A stretch of DNA of 64,000 bases from an uncultured Chloroflexia bacterium (lineage in GTDB: Bacteria > Chloroflexota > Anaerolineae > CG2-30-64-16), in the NCBI GenBank assembly GCA_963810095.1, contig CAWEMM010000006.1, positions 1,696,001-1,760,000 on the forward strand. The letters run 5' to 3'. Positions 1 to 10,977 of the stretch are shown here, one piece after another (the first letter of the stretch is position 1; every line of letters starts with the position of its first letter). The notes under the pieces are model-generated. The model did not search any database and was not told where the DNA came from. It worked only from the letters and a program-made list of their open reading frames with translations. A program made the position numbers and the translations under genes.

Positions 1-124
1 GCGCCACGTTCGCGCGCACCTGCTGCATCAGCGCTTCGACGTCGATTTCAGGATCGCGGATGATGATGATCTCGGTGGAGTCTTCGTCCATGGCTGCGCT
101 GGTTTGCGGAGAGTCCACATTCAT
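1..124 (-). CDS. 5' part of a hypothetical, probably coiled-coil, protein of the glycan-export locus (runs off the window edge)
   Basis: ATG at 124 with GAGGA upstream; reads MNVDSPQTSAAMDEDSTEIIIIRDPEIDVEALMQQVRANVA; co-oriented with the upstream operon. Confidence 0.7.
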   Translation of the reverse strand, partial: MNVDSPQTSAAMDEDSTEIIIIRDPEIDVEALMQQVRANVA

Positions 125-141
125 AAACGTTCCTCAGATTT

Positions 142-2283
142 CTAGGGCTGCGGGCCGGGAAGCACCTCGGCAATCGTCAGGCGCCACGCGCTTTCGAGCA
201 CCTTGGCCGGCTTATAATCGTAGGAGCCTTCCAACGATGCCAACCTGATCGTGCGTTCCTCGGCCGGCCCGAGTTCGGGAGCACCGCCGGGCCAGGGAAC
301 GGCGCTGTCCGTGGTGATCCAGTATACCCTGTATCCCTGTGCATGCCATTGCCGCACCGCCTCGCGCAGCAGGCCGGCGTCCAGCCCCGACGGGTCGCGG
401 GCCACGAAGACCTGTTTCCCTTCGAGAAACCGCAGCGGCGTCCCGACAAAATCGCTGACGCCGACCGGCGCGGTATCGCCGAAGAGCACCACGCTTTTCT
501 CCCCGAGCGACCGGCTTAGCGCCGCGACCTGCTCCGACAGTCCCACATCGTCGACCTGGGTTAGAAAGGGTTGGCCGCTGGCAAATATACCGAGTATCCA
601 GGTGAGTGTCAACACGACGGCCGGAATGCGCCCGCGGGTGCCAAAGCGGCCCCACAGCCAGCACAGGAGATAGACCGCACCGATCGTGAGGAATGGCAGC
701 ACGACCGGGACATAGCGCCGCATGGCGTAGACCTGGTGGGGGTTCGCGCCGATGCGCCATAGAAACACGAGCGTGAAGAAGCCGCCGGCCAGCAGCAGGA
801 ACGCCGTCCGGCGATTGAACTCGCGGACGAGCATGAGCGCGATGCCGCCCACGGCCAGCGCCAGCCCAAGGGGGGATAAGTACCATCCCAGGCGGACGAA
901 GTTTAGCTGGTCAAGCGCGGGCAGCTGACCGCCGCCATACCAGTAGTTGCTCAGCCGTGTTGCCGACACGGCCGGACGGACGAAATAGGCATACAGCGCG
1001 AGAAGGATGACTGCCACGGCGGCGGCGCGCAGGACGATCCGCAGGATCGACGCGGTCTTTGCCTCCGTCCCGGTGCGCCAGTTTGGCCGTAACCTGACCC
1101 ACAAGGCGACCCCGGCCGCCAGCAGCCCAAACGCAAAGACGGCGGGCACAGCGGTTCGCAGCAGCGTGTTCGTTCCCACCCGTGTGATCAGGGTGAAGTA
1201 GGGCCGCGTTACGAACCACCCATGCAGGGCCGAGTGCAAGGCCAGCAAGAGCAGCGGCACGAAGAACCAAGCCGCATCGCGGCGCCAGGAGCGGGTGAAG
1301 GTGAACCACCCTGCGAGGATCACGGGCAGCGCCAGCAGCACGTAGGTATCGATGCGGGCCAGGAACACTTGCCCGAATGCGACGCCGGCCAGCGTGGCCC
1401 ACAGCGCAGGCGGATCGCGGCGGTCCAGCCACTGAATCAGCGCCCACGTCCCGGTCCAGAACAGGTATTGGGTCAGGGCCTCGGCGGTGGGGTAGCGCGC
1501 GAACCAGACCTGGAGGGCCGTTACCGACAGGACGATGAGCGCCAGCAGCGCGGGCCGCCAACCCCAGAGGCTGCGCACCGTCATGTAAACGGCCAGGCAC
1601 GCCAACAAGCCCCACAGCGGCGTAATCCACAACTCCGCGCGTAAGCCGCCTAACGCGTATCCAACCGCTTGCCAGGCAGGATGCAGGTGAAAAAACTGCG
1701 GGGTGACCAGGCCGGCCGGGCTGCCCGTCACGTAGAAACCGGGCAGCAGGTAGTGGGGCGCGGCCTCACGCGGCGGCATGGCGCGCAGCAGGGCCGGGCG
1801 CAGCTGTGGATCGAGTTCGGCCAGCAGCGGGTCGTGGATCAAAATGCTGCCGGTATTTGCGATGTTGGCGCCCAGGCTGACATAGACGCCCGCATCCGCC
1901 CCGCCCAGGATAAACTCGTGGGGTCTGAAGTAGAGTATGGATGCGCCAATGGCCCAAGCAACCAGGGCCGCGATTTCCCAGCGGTTCCACTTGGGTGCGG
2001 GCCCGGGCGCCGGCGCCCCACGTTTGCGCCGCCAGAGCCAGGCCGCGGCCAGCGCGCCCGTTGCGATCGCCCATGCAGCGCCAAGCGCGCCGAGTGAGAA
2101 CGCGCCGAACTCGGCGAGCACGAGCGCCAGCCAGCCGATCAGCAGCAGGCCCAGGCTAAGGCCGGCGAAGCCAAATTCGACCGGGTCGTTCGCCAGGCGT
2201 TTGCGCCAGAGGCCGAGGGCGAACGCGCCAGGGATGAAGGCGGCAAGCAGGATGATGAGGAGCGCAGCGGGCCGAAGCATCAT
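142..2283 (-). CDS. Multi-pass membrane protein, GT-C fold-like glycosyltransferase
   Basis: 713 aa, many TM segments, GGADAGVY loop and WFARYPTAE motif; ATGA overlap with the upstream GT4. Confidence 0.7.
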   Translation of the reverse strand: MMLRPAALLIILLAAFIPGAFALGLWRKRLANDPVEFGFAGLSLGLLLIGWLALVLAEFGAFSLGALGAAWAIATGALAAAWLWRRKRGAPAPGPAPKWNRWEIAALVAWAIGASILYFRPHEFILGGADAGVYVSLGANIANTGSILIHDPLLAELDPQLRPALLRAMPPREAAPHYLLPGFYVTGSPAGLVTPQFFHLHPAWQAVGYALGGLRAELWITPLWGLLACLAVYMTVRSLWGWRPALLALIVLSVTALQVWFARYPTAEALTQYLFWTGTWALIQWLDRRDPPALWATLAGVAFGQVFLARIDTYVLLALPVILAGWFTFTRSWRRDAAWFFVPLLLLALHSALHGWFVTRPYFTLITRVGTNTLLRTAVPAVFAFGLLAAGVALWVRLRPNWRTGTEAKTASILRIVLRAAAVAVILLALYAYFVRPAVSATRLSNYWYGGGQLPALDQLNFVRLGWYLSPLGLALAVGGIALMLVREFNRRTAFLLLAGGFFTLVFLWRIGANPHQVYAMRRYVPVVLPFLTIGAVYLLCWLWGRFGTRGRIPAVVLTLTWILGIFASGQPFLTQVDDVGLSEQVAALSRSLGEKSVVLFGDTAPVGVSDFVGTPLRFLEGKQVFVARDPSGLDAGLLREAVRQWHAQGYRVYWITTDSAVPWPGGAPELGPAEERTIRLASLEGSYDYKPAKVLESAWRLTIAEVLPGPQP

Positions 2284-3496
2284 GCTTTGCGCACACTCCG
2301 GCGCGCAAGAACCTCTTCGACGAAGGCGAGATAGGCCGAGGCCGCTTGCGCCGGAGAGTGCTGCCGGCGGGCGTAGGCCTGCCCCTGCTGGCCCAGCGTA
2401 GCCCGAAGCGCAGGATCGTCTGCGAGGCGTTGCATGGCCGACACGAGCGCGGCCTGGTCCAGCGGAGGCAGTTTGAGGCAGACGTTGTCGGGAAGTTCGC
2501 CGTACCAGCCGTGATCATAGACGACCAGGGCCCGGCCCGCGGCGAGCGCCCGCAGCGCGACCGCCGACGTTTCGCCCACCGTCGGGTGGCGGAGGTTGAC
2601 GACGACATCGACTGCTGCCAGCATTCCAAGGAAGTCATCCAGGCTGCCGGCGTACCCTGTATAGGTCACCGCGTCGTCCAGGCCCAGCCGCCGGACCAGC
2701 GCTGGCACGTCCACGTCCTGCGGATGCCATTCACCCACGATCAGGTAATGGCACTGGGGGTTGGTCTGTCGCACGGCGCGCAGGGCGAGCAGCGCGGGCT
2801 CGAGCTGCTTGGTGTGCGACACGACGCCGAAGCTGCCGAACAGGCAGCCGCCTTGGGGGAGGCCCAGTTGGGAGCGCAGCGGCTCGGAGTATGTAGGGCC
2901 CCCGGGTGCAAGGTCGACCGGCGCATGGACGACAGCCACATGCTGCCAGGGATCGTGCCTTTGAACGAGCCGGGCCACGTGCGCGCTGTGAACGATGACA
3001 CCTAAGGCGGTGTCGACGAAGCGGTCGTTGAGGGAGACTTCGAAGTGCGGCAGGGGCCGGCGTCCCTCCAGTGCATCGCTCGCCCATTTAACGCCGTCGG
3101 GTCCGAGTGCGTAGGCCATTTCGCGGCTGTACCGCGATGGGTTGCCCGCGGCAATGGTCTGGCCCGCCCACAGCTGGTGCAATCCGTAGTCGTGCAGCAC
3201 CATGATGCCGGGATAACGCAGGAGGTTGGCGGCAATCGAAGCATGCACGACGTTGTTGCCCATTTGATAGATGGCCGCATCGTACTCCCAACGCTGCGCC
3301 GCGTAGTCGGCGGGCGGGAAAATCTTGACGCCGGCGAGGTAAGCGTCCCGGCTCCCCTCCGTGAGCGGGTTGTATTCGTCGGAGAACACGGCGAGGTCGG
3401 CAAGCTGCGCGAGGTGCGGGATCAACTCGCGGCTGTAATCAGCGATGCCGGTCGCGCGGGGGGGAGGGGGCTGAAGTAGGCGAGGCGTCGCTTCAT
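2280..3496 (-). CDS. Family 4 glycosyltransferase (frameshift near 3455)
   Basis: MKRRLAYFSPLPP from ATG 3496 continues in another frame as TGIADYSREL; YQMGNN..H, VLHDYGLH and VNLRHPTVGETS motifs. Confidence 0.85.
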
Positions 3497-3960
3497 GCGG
3501 CCGGTTCGTCCGTCTGCCCGAGCGGGTGCTCGTCGTGGCGCGCCAGCTGGGTGGCGAATACGGCGAGCTCGCCCAAGTCGTGGCGCAGCTCCGCCTGTTC
3601 GTGGTCCTGCTCCACCAGCCAGGTTTGCAGGCGGGCGGTTTGGGCCTGGAGCCCACGCTGATCGTCCGAGATGGCGCGCGCCAGCTCGGCCACCGTGCCC
3701 TGCAACTGCGCCAACTGAGCGGCCTGCTCCTCGGCCCTCACCAGCAAGCCCGCGAGCTGTTCGACCGCCAGTTGATTGAACGCCGACTGCTGGTCGGCCA
3801 TGGGTGAAACGTACCAGCGGGTGGAAATATTGTTCCACTCGCGGCGAAAGGCCGCAATCAAGCCGCCAATCAGCGGAACGGTCGAGCTGAACCGGTGCTC
3901 TGGCAGCTGCGCCAGCTCGCGCAGGGGGGTCAATGCGTCGCGGGTGCGTTCGTCAGCCAC
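3493..3960 (-). CDS. Coiled-coil protein coupled to Wzt
   Basis: 155 aa, Q/E/L/A heptads after FSSTVPLIGGLIAAFRREWN; overlaps both neighbours. Confidence 0.75.
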   Translation of the reverse strand: MADERTRDALTPLRELAQLPEHRFSSTVPLIGGLIAAFRREWNNISTRWYVSPMADQQSAFNQLAVEQLAGLLVRAEEQAAQLAQLQGTVAELARAISDDQRGLQAQTARLQTWLVEQDHEQAELRHDLGELAVFATQLARHDEHPLGQTDEPAA

Positions 3961-5242
3961 GGTTGGCGGGCTCCGCCGGACGGTGTTGCCACTGGCACGG
4001 GATGTACACGAGACCGTCCTGACGCTCTTGCGGGCCCGGCACGACCGTGAACGTGGTCATGCGATGCCAGTGGTCGTACGGATGCGAGACGTGGTTGTCA
4101 TAGATCGCGACTGTAACGTCGTATCTGCCGCTGAGCAGAGGGAGCTTTTCGACGACATACTCGATCGTGCCGCGGCCGTGGATCGTGGGGGGCGCAGCCT
4201 TGCTCCATACCGTATTCGGACCATTGATGCGGTTGCCCCATTCCTCGTAAATGGAAACGCCGAACGCCGGCGACACGACGGGGTGAGGCGCGTGGTAGGA
4301 GATCCGGACCATGAACTTGTCGCCGCTGGTGAAAACCGAAGCCGGCCGGCCCTCCGCATTCAGCAGCTCGGCGCGCTCAATGCGGACTTCGCCCGAGCCC
4401 CACCGTCCGGTCTGTTTCTTGGCTGCAAGCTCTTCCTCCGACGAAGGTTCTTCGTCGCCGTCTCCACTCGGCATGCGGAGGAAGCCATCGCGTTCGGCCT
4501 GTTGCTCCCACAGGCTTGACAGGTACGCGGCGCCCACAGCATCGCTCAATCCATCCGCACAGACGCGGCCGTCGTCGATCCAGATCGACCGAGGGCACAG
4601 CCGCTGGATAGAGCCCAGATCGTGCGAAACGACGACGATCGTGGCGCCCTCGCGCCCGATCTCATGGATGCGGCGGATACAGCGGTCCTGGAAGGCCTGG
4701 TCGCCAACGGCCAGCACCTCGTCGATCAGCAGGATCTCGGGTTGAAATGCCGTCGCCACGGCAAAGCCGAGCCGCATGAGCATGCCAGAAGAGTAATTGC
4801 GCACCGGCACGTCGATGAAGCGTTCGAGTTCTGAAAAGGCAACGATCTCGCCCACCCGGCTGCGTATGTCCGCGCGGCGCAGGCCCAGGATGGACCCGTT
4901 CAAGTCGATATTCTCGCGGCCGGTCAGATCGGGGTGGAAGCCTGCACCAAGCTCGAGCAGGGCGGCAACGCGCCCTTGCACCGTTATCACGCCCGCGTTC
5001 GGATGGATGATGCGGGAGATGAGCTTGAGGACAGTGCTTTTGCCCGAGCCGTTCGACCCGATGATGCCCACGGCAGCGCCCGGCTCGATCTTAAAGCTGA
5101 CGTCCCTGAGCGCCCAGAAGATTTCGGCCTCGCGGGCGGCGCTGCGCGAGCGGCTGAACGTGTGCACCAGTTTCTCCTGAAACGACTGGGCGCGTTCTTC
5201 GTCGATGATGAATTTTTTGGAAACGCCTTCGAATGCGATCAT
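3953..5242 (-). CDS. wzt: Polysaccharide ABC exporter ATPase with C-terminal carbohydrate-binding domain
   Basis: Walker A GSNGSGKST, YSSGMLMRLGF signature, DEVLAVGD, C-terminal RWGSGEVRI domain. Confidence 0.93.
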   Translation of the reverse strand: MIAFEGVSKKFIIDEERAQSFQEKLVHTFSRSRSAAREAEIFWALRDVSFKIEPGAAVGIIGSNGSGKSTVLKLISRIIHPNAGVITVQGRVAALLELGAGFHPDLTGRENIDLNGSILGLRRADIRSRVGEIVAFSELERFIDVPVRNYSSGMLMRLGFAVATAFQPEILLIDEVLAVGDQAFQDRCIRRIHEIGREGATIVVVSHDLGSIQRLCPRSIWIDDGRVCADGLSDAVGAAYLSSLWEQQAERDGFLRMPSGDGDEEPSSEEELAAKKQTGRWGSGEVRIERAELLNAEGRPASVFTSGDKFMVRISYHAPHPVVSPAFGVSIYEEWGNRINGPNTVWSKAAPPTIHGRGTIEYVVEKLPLLSGRYDVTVAIYDNHVSHPYDHWHRMTTFTVVPGPQERQDGLVYIPCQWQHRPAEPANRG

Positions 5243-6831
5243 GGTTTCACTTTGCGTCGGTAGATGGCGACCGATCGATTGGCGTCGCGCACCAGTTCTG
5301 CCAGTTCAAAATCTTCGGCCACCGAAGCCCGGATACGGTCGATTTCGTCGGGCTTGAGTCGTAAGAACGTTGCCTCATCCCACACCACTACGCTGGCCTG
5401 ATCGACCAGCGCAGTGACGCGCGAGAACGGCTGAGTATATAGCATCGCGTAGGGCCGGTCCGCATAGTATGCAACGACCGTAGCTTGATGCACGACTGTT
5501 ACTAGCTCGCCTGGCGCGGTCGTCGCTGCTACCTGTCTTCCTGCCTGCGCGAGGCTGCCGTAGAACTGTTCATTTGCGAGTCGCTCCGCATACACCGGCG
5601 CCACCCAAGGCATGGCGAGGCCCGGCATACGCGGCAGCAGCGGCGGTCGGACCACGCCGGCGAACGCGAACACGACGACGAAGGCCGCCACCGCGGCCGC
5701 AGACCCGACGGCGCGGCCGGAACTGCGGCTCGCATTCCAGATACGGACCAGCATGTGGGCGGCGATGAGGGCCGCAGCGGGCAAGACTCCGATCAGGTGG
5801 CGCGGCTCCTTCAAGCTGGTCAGGAAGGACAGCCCGACGGCGACCAACATGTAGGCCCACAACAATCGCAGGCCGCGCGGAGTGCGATTCCGCTCGAGCA
5901 CGAGACCGCCGAGCCCCAGGAGCAACCCAGCAACCAGTCCCGGGCTGAGGAGCTGTGCGCCGACCTGGCCGGCCCAGACCCGCCACGAGAGGCCTACCCG
6001 GGGTTCGGATGCAACGGGCGAGACCGCCGAGTCAATCCAACGTTTCATTGTAGCGGCAAAAACGGTTGGTGACAATTTCCATGACAGCGCGGCCCACGCT
6101 CCCAGGGCCAGCAGCGCCGGCGCCCCCACAAGCACCGCACCCGACAACGCGCGCCGGGGAGTCCTGCGCCTCTCCCATGCGACGAAAGCCGCGGCGACGC
6201 CGGCAGCGGCGAGCGCGAACTCCTTGAAGAGAACGGCCAGCGCAAACGCGAGGCCTGCCAGCAACAGGCGCCACCCGCTGTCCGTTTCCAATCCCACCAC
6301 AACCAGGTAAAGTCCGGCAAGTATGGCCAGCAGCATGAACATTTCCATGCGAACGAAGAACGCATAGACCAGGAAGAAGGGGGAAATCCCAAGCAGCAGA
6401 GCTGCGAGCAAGCCGACCGGCCGGCCGCCCAGGCGCAACCCGAAACGGTAGGTGAGGGCGAGTGCTGCGAGTGCTGCGAGCACCGTGACTGAGCGGGCGA
6501 AAAAAATCCCACCCGCTGTGGGACTTGCGAAGAGGCTCAACAAGTACAGGTAGAGCGGCGTATGATCCAGGAAGACGGCTCCTGCGCCGATCGAGCGCAG
6601 CGGAACGCCTACCCTTTGAATGCTGCGCGCGACGTCGAGGAAAATCGCCTCGTCATATTCGGCCGTGCGGACAGTGGCCATGAGCGGGAGGAGCAGAAGC
6701 AGACTGGTGGCGGCCACAGCAGCCACAGAGGCCGCATGAGAGGAGCCGAGGCCGCGCAGCTTGGTCCCGACGCCGGTCAGCTTGCCTGCACCTGGTGAAT
6801 CCCGTACAATGCAGTTATGGTTCTGCTCCAA
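5239..6831 (-). CDS. ArnT/PMT-like (GT39/GT83) membrane glycosyltransferase; start uncertain
   Basis: YDEAIF, DHTPLY and VRME motifs; about 12 TM segments. Confidence 0.8.
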   Translation of the reverse strand: MEQNHNCIVRDSPGAGKLTGVGTKLRGLGSSHAASVAAVAATSLLLLLPLMATVRTAEYDEAIFLDVARSIQRVGVPLRSIGAGAVFLDHTPLYLYLLSLFASPTAGGIFFARSVTVLAALAALALTYRFGLRLGGRPVGLLAALLLGISPFFLVYAFFVRMEMFMLLAILAGLYLVVVGLETDSGWRLLLAGLAFALAVLFKEFALAAAGVAAAFVAWERRRTPRRALSGAVLVGAPALLALGAWAALSWKLSPTVFAATMKRWIDSAVSPVASEPRVGLSWRVWAGQVGAQLLSPGLVAGLLLGLGGLVLERNRTPRGLRLLWAYMLVAVGLSFLTSLKEPRHLIGVLPAAALIAAHMLVRIWNASRSSGRAVGSAAAVAAFVVVFAFAGVVRPPLLPRMPGLAMPWVAPVYAERLANEQFYGSLAQAGRQVAATTAPGELVTVVHQATVVAYYADRPYAMLYTQPFSRVTALVDQASVVVWDEATFLRLKPDEIDRIRASVAEDFELAELVRDANRSVAIYRRKVKP

Positions 6832-6845
6832 AGGTGCACCGTCCT

Positions 6846-8480
6846 ATGCCTCCAGCCTCCAACCGCCGCACTCGCGTCCTCTTGTGGGCCCTGCTGTCCG
6901 TCGGTCTGCTTCTGTTCCTGCTTGCCTTTGCGGTCCAGGTGCGACGAAATCCGCTGCGAGGCGACGAAGTCGATTTCTTTCAGTGCATGCGCAACGTGGT
7001 TGCGCTGGGACGGCCGCTGTACTACGCCGGCGAGGTCGACATCGCTCCGGCTTCTGTGCTTTCGCTTGGCTCGGAGTCTCTGGCAGGCCAACTCTTTCAA
7101 TTCTATCGCTTTAAGCCCGCAACCAGGATTCTGAAAGAAACCTTCTTCGCAATCACGGCCGGCAATAGCCGGTATACATATTGTCTCTGGCACCCACCGC
7201 TCTACATCTATCTTGGCGCCGGTTTATTGAAGCTATTCGATCCCCCGACCGCGCAGGCGAACTTGTTCCGCTTCACGCACCTGGTATACGTGGCGCTGAT
7301 GTTCGCCGGGATGGCGGCGCTGATGCGCGAGCTCTACCGGCCCGTGTGGCTTCTCGGGTTGGCGCTCGCCGCGCTCTTCCTGGCCTGCTGCAATCTCGCC
7401 GTCTCGGCCAGTGTACTCATCGACTACAGCGGCGCTCTCGCCATGTGCGTTGTCGTCTGGTTGACATACGCTTGCGTGCGGACGGACCGCGAGCCGCGCT
7501 TTGCGCTGCCGGCCGCAGGCACCTTGGCGCTCGCCTTTGCAGTCGGGCTCGGCGTGGGCGCGGCGTGCGCGTTGGGGCTGCTGCTGTGGGGGCTGTTGCT
7601 CCGTCGAGATGCATTCATGCGCTACGCACTAGTCGTGCTCGGCGGCGCGGCATTGTTCCTCGTTGGGTGGTGGCTCCTTGCGCGAGTTGCAGGGCTCCCG
7701 TTCACCCAGCCCTTCCTCCACAATTTCCAGCGTGCCGCGCTCGGCGCGCCCTTGGCATCCCGGCTTGCGGCCGTTATCCACTACACGACCTGGTACGTAA
7801 AACAGATCGGCCCGGCGGCGGTCGGGCTAGCTCTGCTGCTGTCCGGGTGGCGGGTGCTCCGGTTGAGCAGCACCCACGTTCGCGTTTTGGCTACCGCAGA
7901 CTCGCCGGCGCGTGACGTGCGTATCCTTCTGTTGCCAGCACTGGTCGGCGTGGCCTTGCTCTCCCAGGCGGCGCTGAGCGCCGACGCCTACGGATTCCCC
8001 AAGTATGTCGCCTATGCGCTGCCCCTGCTGTTCGTGTTCATCGGCGGCGAGCTAGCCTTGCTGGCACAGTCCCGGCCTGCCCATTGGCTGGCGGCAGGGG
8101 TGACGCTGGCCCTCATCGGGACCCTGATCTGGCAGACCGCGGAGACGCTCGGGAAGCCCGGGGGAACGCTATATATGGCCGGCGAACAAGGCTTCCTTGC
8201 CGCAGCAAACCTGGTGACCGCCCATTCGACGCCCGACGAGGCCTTCCTTGGCAGCAAGGACGTGGGCTTCTACGCCGGCCGGAAGTTCGTCCAATGGTCG
8301 GGCAACCTCCTCAGCAACTTCCCGCTGCTTCAGGAACGGGTCGAGGCCGAAGGGGTGCACCTGGTTGCCGCAAGCCAACAGCAGCTCGACGCCTTGAGCC
8401 CGGAAGTCGCTGAGTGGCTGAACCAGCACGCCACCCTCCTAACTTCTTCTGGCGACTATGCCGTCTATCGCCTCCGCTAA
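6846..8480 (+). CDS. GT-C-like membrane protein
   Basis: GDEVDF and WHPPLY motifs, many TM segments; ORF 6795..8480, likely ATG 6846. Confidence 0.7.
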   Translation: MPPASNRRTRVLLWALLSVGLLLFLLAFAVQVRRNPLRGDEVDFFQCMRNVVALGRPLYYAGEVDIAPASVLSLGSESLAGQLFQFYRFKPATRILKETFFAITAGNSRYTYCLWHPPLYIYLGAGLLKLFDPPTAQANLFRFTHLVYVALMFAGMAALMRELYRPVWLLGLALAALFLACCNLAVSASVLIDYSGALAMCVVVWLTYACVRTDREPRFALPAAGTLALAFAVGLGVGAACALGLLLWGLLLRRDAFMRYALVVLGGAALFLVGWWLLARVAGLPFTQPFLHNFQRAALGAPLASRLAAVIHYTTWYVKQIGPAAVGLALLLSGWRVLRLSSTHVRVLATADSPARDVRILLLPALVGVALLSQAALSADAYGFPKYVAYALPLLFVFIGGELALLAQSRPAHWLAAGVTLALIGTLIWQTAETLGKPGGTLYMAGEQGFLAAANLVTAHSTPDEAFLGSKDVGFYAGRKFVQWSGNLLSNFPLLQERVEAEGVHLVAASQQQLDALSPEVAEWLNQHATLLTSSGDYAVYRLR

Positions 8481-10108
8481 CGACCCGCCGTGCGGAGGAC
8501 CAGGGGAAGCCACAACTCGTGGTTTGGGACAAACACCCTCCCCTGTAGAACGTTGTCCCCTTCGTTCGATTCGTCGACGACCCCGCCGGCGTCAGCCTTC
8601 ACCCAGTAAGAATGGAGCCCAGGCGTAAGGCCGGTCCACGGTTTCTGCGCAGTGACGACGCGACTCCCGCAGCCGCCCAGCTCTGTCGAGATCGTGGAAC
8701 TGCCGATCAGGTCCGTGAGGGCCGCGTCACGGTAGAAGCTCACCTCAAAGGTCTGGCCGCTCGTAACGCTGCCTTGATTGCGAACTTCGGCAGCGAGCAA
8801 GACGTCGCTCGTGCCGTTTGTCCCGCGAGGAGGGCTTGGCCGGGTGCTCCACGTTCCCTCCGGCACCAGGTTGACGGTCCGTACTGCTGCTGCTCCCCGG
8901 GCCGAGAATGCCGCGCCGACGACGGACAGTTGTGTGCCGCTCGCGTCGATCAGATTGCTGACCTCACCCGCACCCAGTGCGTACGTGCTGTACCAGAGCC
9001 AGCGCTGCACCAGCCGGTTGTCGTCGCGCGGCATACCCCAGGGCGGGGTCGGCTGTCGTTTCCAGGTAGCTCATCGACGCATTCAGGAATTTGACCACCC
9101 GATCGGGCGTGAAGCACTTCCCGTATTCGTCTTGGAGATAACATCCGCCGGCGTCCAGCTCGTATGGGTACAGCAGCGAGTATTCCGAGATTATCAACGG
9201 CTTCTGCTGCTGGCCGTGGGCCTTCATCCACTGCCGCATGGCCACCACTTGGCCCGCAAACGCCGACATGCTGTCGTGCTCGGCCCAGCAGTAGACGTTG
9301 GCGGCCTGGCACAAGCTGGCGATGCCGCCGCTTTCGCGCACGGCCAGCGTCGGGTCGGTACCCACTGCGATATTGGCAACACCGTTCGGTTGGCCGTTTG
9401 ACCGCGCCTCGGGCAGCACGTAGAGGTGCATGTTCCACACATCCACAGGCATGTCGACGCCGTACAAGGCCCTGAACGTATTCCACACAATGTCGAGGTA
9501 TTGCAGGCGGCCCGGGGTAACCTCCACGAGCCCCGCGTTGGCGACCCGGGCCGTGGGATCCACGCGCTTGATGTAGGAGTACACGTCGAAGTAGGCGCGG
9601 CATACACGTCCGCCCTCGTATCATCCTGCACCCGGTCCACGCAAGCGGTGTCTTCTGGGTTTGGTCCGCGGTCGGGCTCGTTACCCACGATCCACAGGGC
9701 CCCCGGACGGCCTAGTACGGCCGCGCCCAGCCCGCCGGCGTTAAGAGCGGGACTGGTCGTGTACCCCGGCAAATAGGTGCAGCCCTGTTTGTTTTGGCGG
9801 ATGCGAACGACGGGGACATACTCAGCCGTCTGCGCGGCGCCGTCCTGCGACGAGAAGTTGACATACCAGCCGGCCGACAGGGGGTTCAACCAGGTATATT
9901 GTTGAGGACTCAGCGCCGCGACGCCATAACGGCAGCTCGGTCCGGCCGCTGCGGCGCCTGGGGGCGCCCAGGGCCCTTCAGCCTGCATGACTGGCCGCGC
10001 GTTGGACTCGGAGGAGGGGTCCGCCAATACGACCGAACTTTCGAGAACCAGCAGCGAGGCACCGAAGACCAGGCCCAAAACGAGGTGTCGAAAGGCTTGG
10101 GAACGCAT
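8477..10108 (-). CDS. Secreted clan GH-A-like glycoside hydrolase + CARDB domain + C-terminal LWLPLVLR tag (frameshifts near 9595 and 9030)
   Basis: Signal peptide MRSQAFRHLVLGLVFGASLLVL; WIVGNEPD, DVWNMHLY, KPLIISEY; CARDB-like VRNQG..VDESNEGDN; pieced from three consecutive ORFs. Confidence 0.75.
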
Positions 10109-10116
10109 CAGGAGTC

Positions 10117-10974
10117 TTATACTTTCTCGCCAAAGTCATGGCTGTGTCGCGTGAAGAACCAGTAGCCAATCGCGAGGACACCGACCGACGTTATGGCAGT
10201 GCGGAGGAAGAAGTCGAGGTCCGTGCGGTAACCCCAGTAGAGCAGGTCACGGTAGGCGGCAATCAGCGAGGCCATCGGGTTCAGGATGTACATGACGCGC
10301 TGAAGGTTGACCGTGATACCCATGATCTCGTAGCTGGAAGGCAGGATTGCGATGGAGTAAACCACGGGCGTCAAGAAGAACCATGCCAGCAGGACGACGT
10401 CCATGATCATCAGTGTGTCGCGGTAATAGACGTTGACTGCGCTGAGGAACAGCGCGACGCCCAACGTGAAACACGTCTGGATCAAGATGACGAACGGCAG
10501 CATCCACAGCCAGGGGCCGAAATGGGCCCGGGTGATGATGAGCACTACGATCAGCACGGCCATGCCGAGCAGGAAGTTCACCAGGGCCGCGAGGACGCTC
10601 GAGATGGGCAAGGCCTCGCGCGGGAAATAGACCTTCTTGACCAGGTTCGAGTTACCGGCCACGCTGTTGATGCTCAGCATCAGCGCGCCTGTGAAGAAGT
10701 TCCACGGCAACAGGCCGCACAGTAAGAAGATCGGGTAGTTTTCGATCTGGCTCGGCATGATGACGGTGAATACGATCGTGAATACCAGCATCATCGCGAG
10801 CGGGTTGAGCAGGCTCCACAGGAAGCCGAGCACGCTGCGTTTGTAGCGCGCTTTCAAGTCGCGCAGCACGAGATTCACCACCAGGCTGCGGTAGCGCAGC
10901 AGCTCTTGCAGCTGCCACAACATGCCGGGTGTTGATTGGTCTTGTCTAGATGTTGAACTCCCAGGAAAAGCCAC
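10117..10974 (-). CDS. wzm: Polysaccharide ABC exporter permease
   Basis: RDLKARYKRSVLGFLWSLLNPL, LVKKVYFPRE, WFFLTPVVY, LNPM. Confidence 0.95.
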   Translation of the reverse strand: MAFPGSSTSRQDQSTPGMLWQLQELLRYRSLVVNLVLRDLKARYKRSVLGFLWSLLNPLAMMLVFTIVFTVIMPSQIENYPIFLLCGLLPWNFFTGALMLSINSVAGNSNLVKKVYFPREALPISSVLAALVNFLLGMAVLIVVLIITRAHFGPWLWMLPFVILIQTCFTLGVALFLSAVNVYYRDTLMIMDVVLLAWFFLTPVVYSIAILPSSYEIMGITVNLQRVMYILNPMASLIAAYRDLLYWGYRTDLDFFLRTAITSVGVLAIGYWFFTRHSHDFGEKV

Positions 10975-10977
10975 CAG

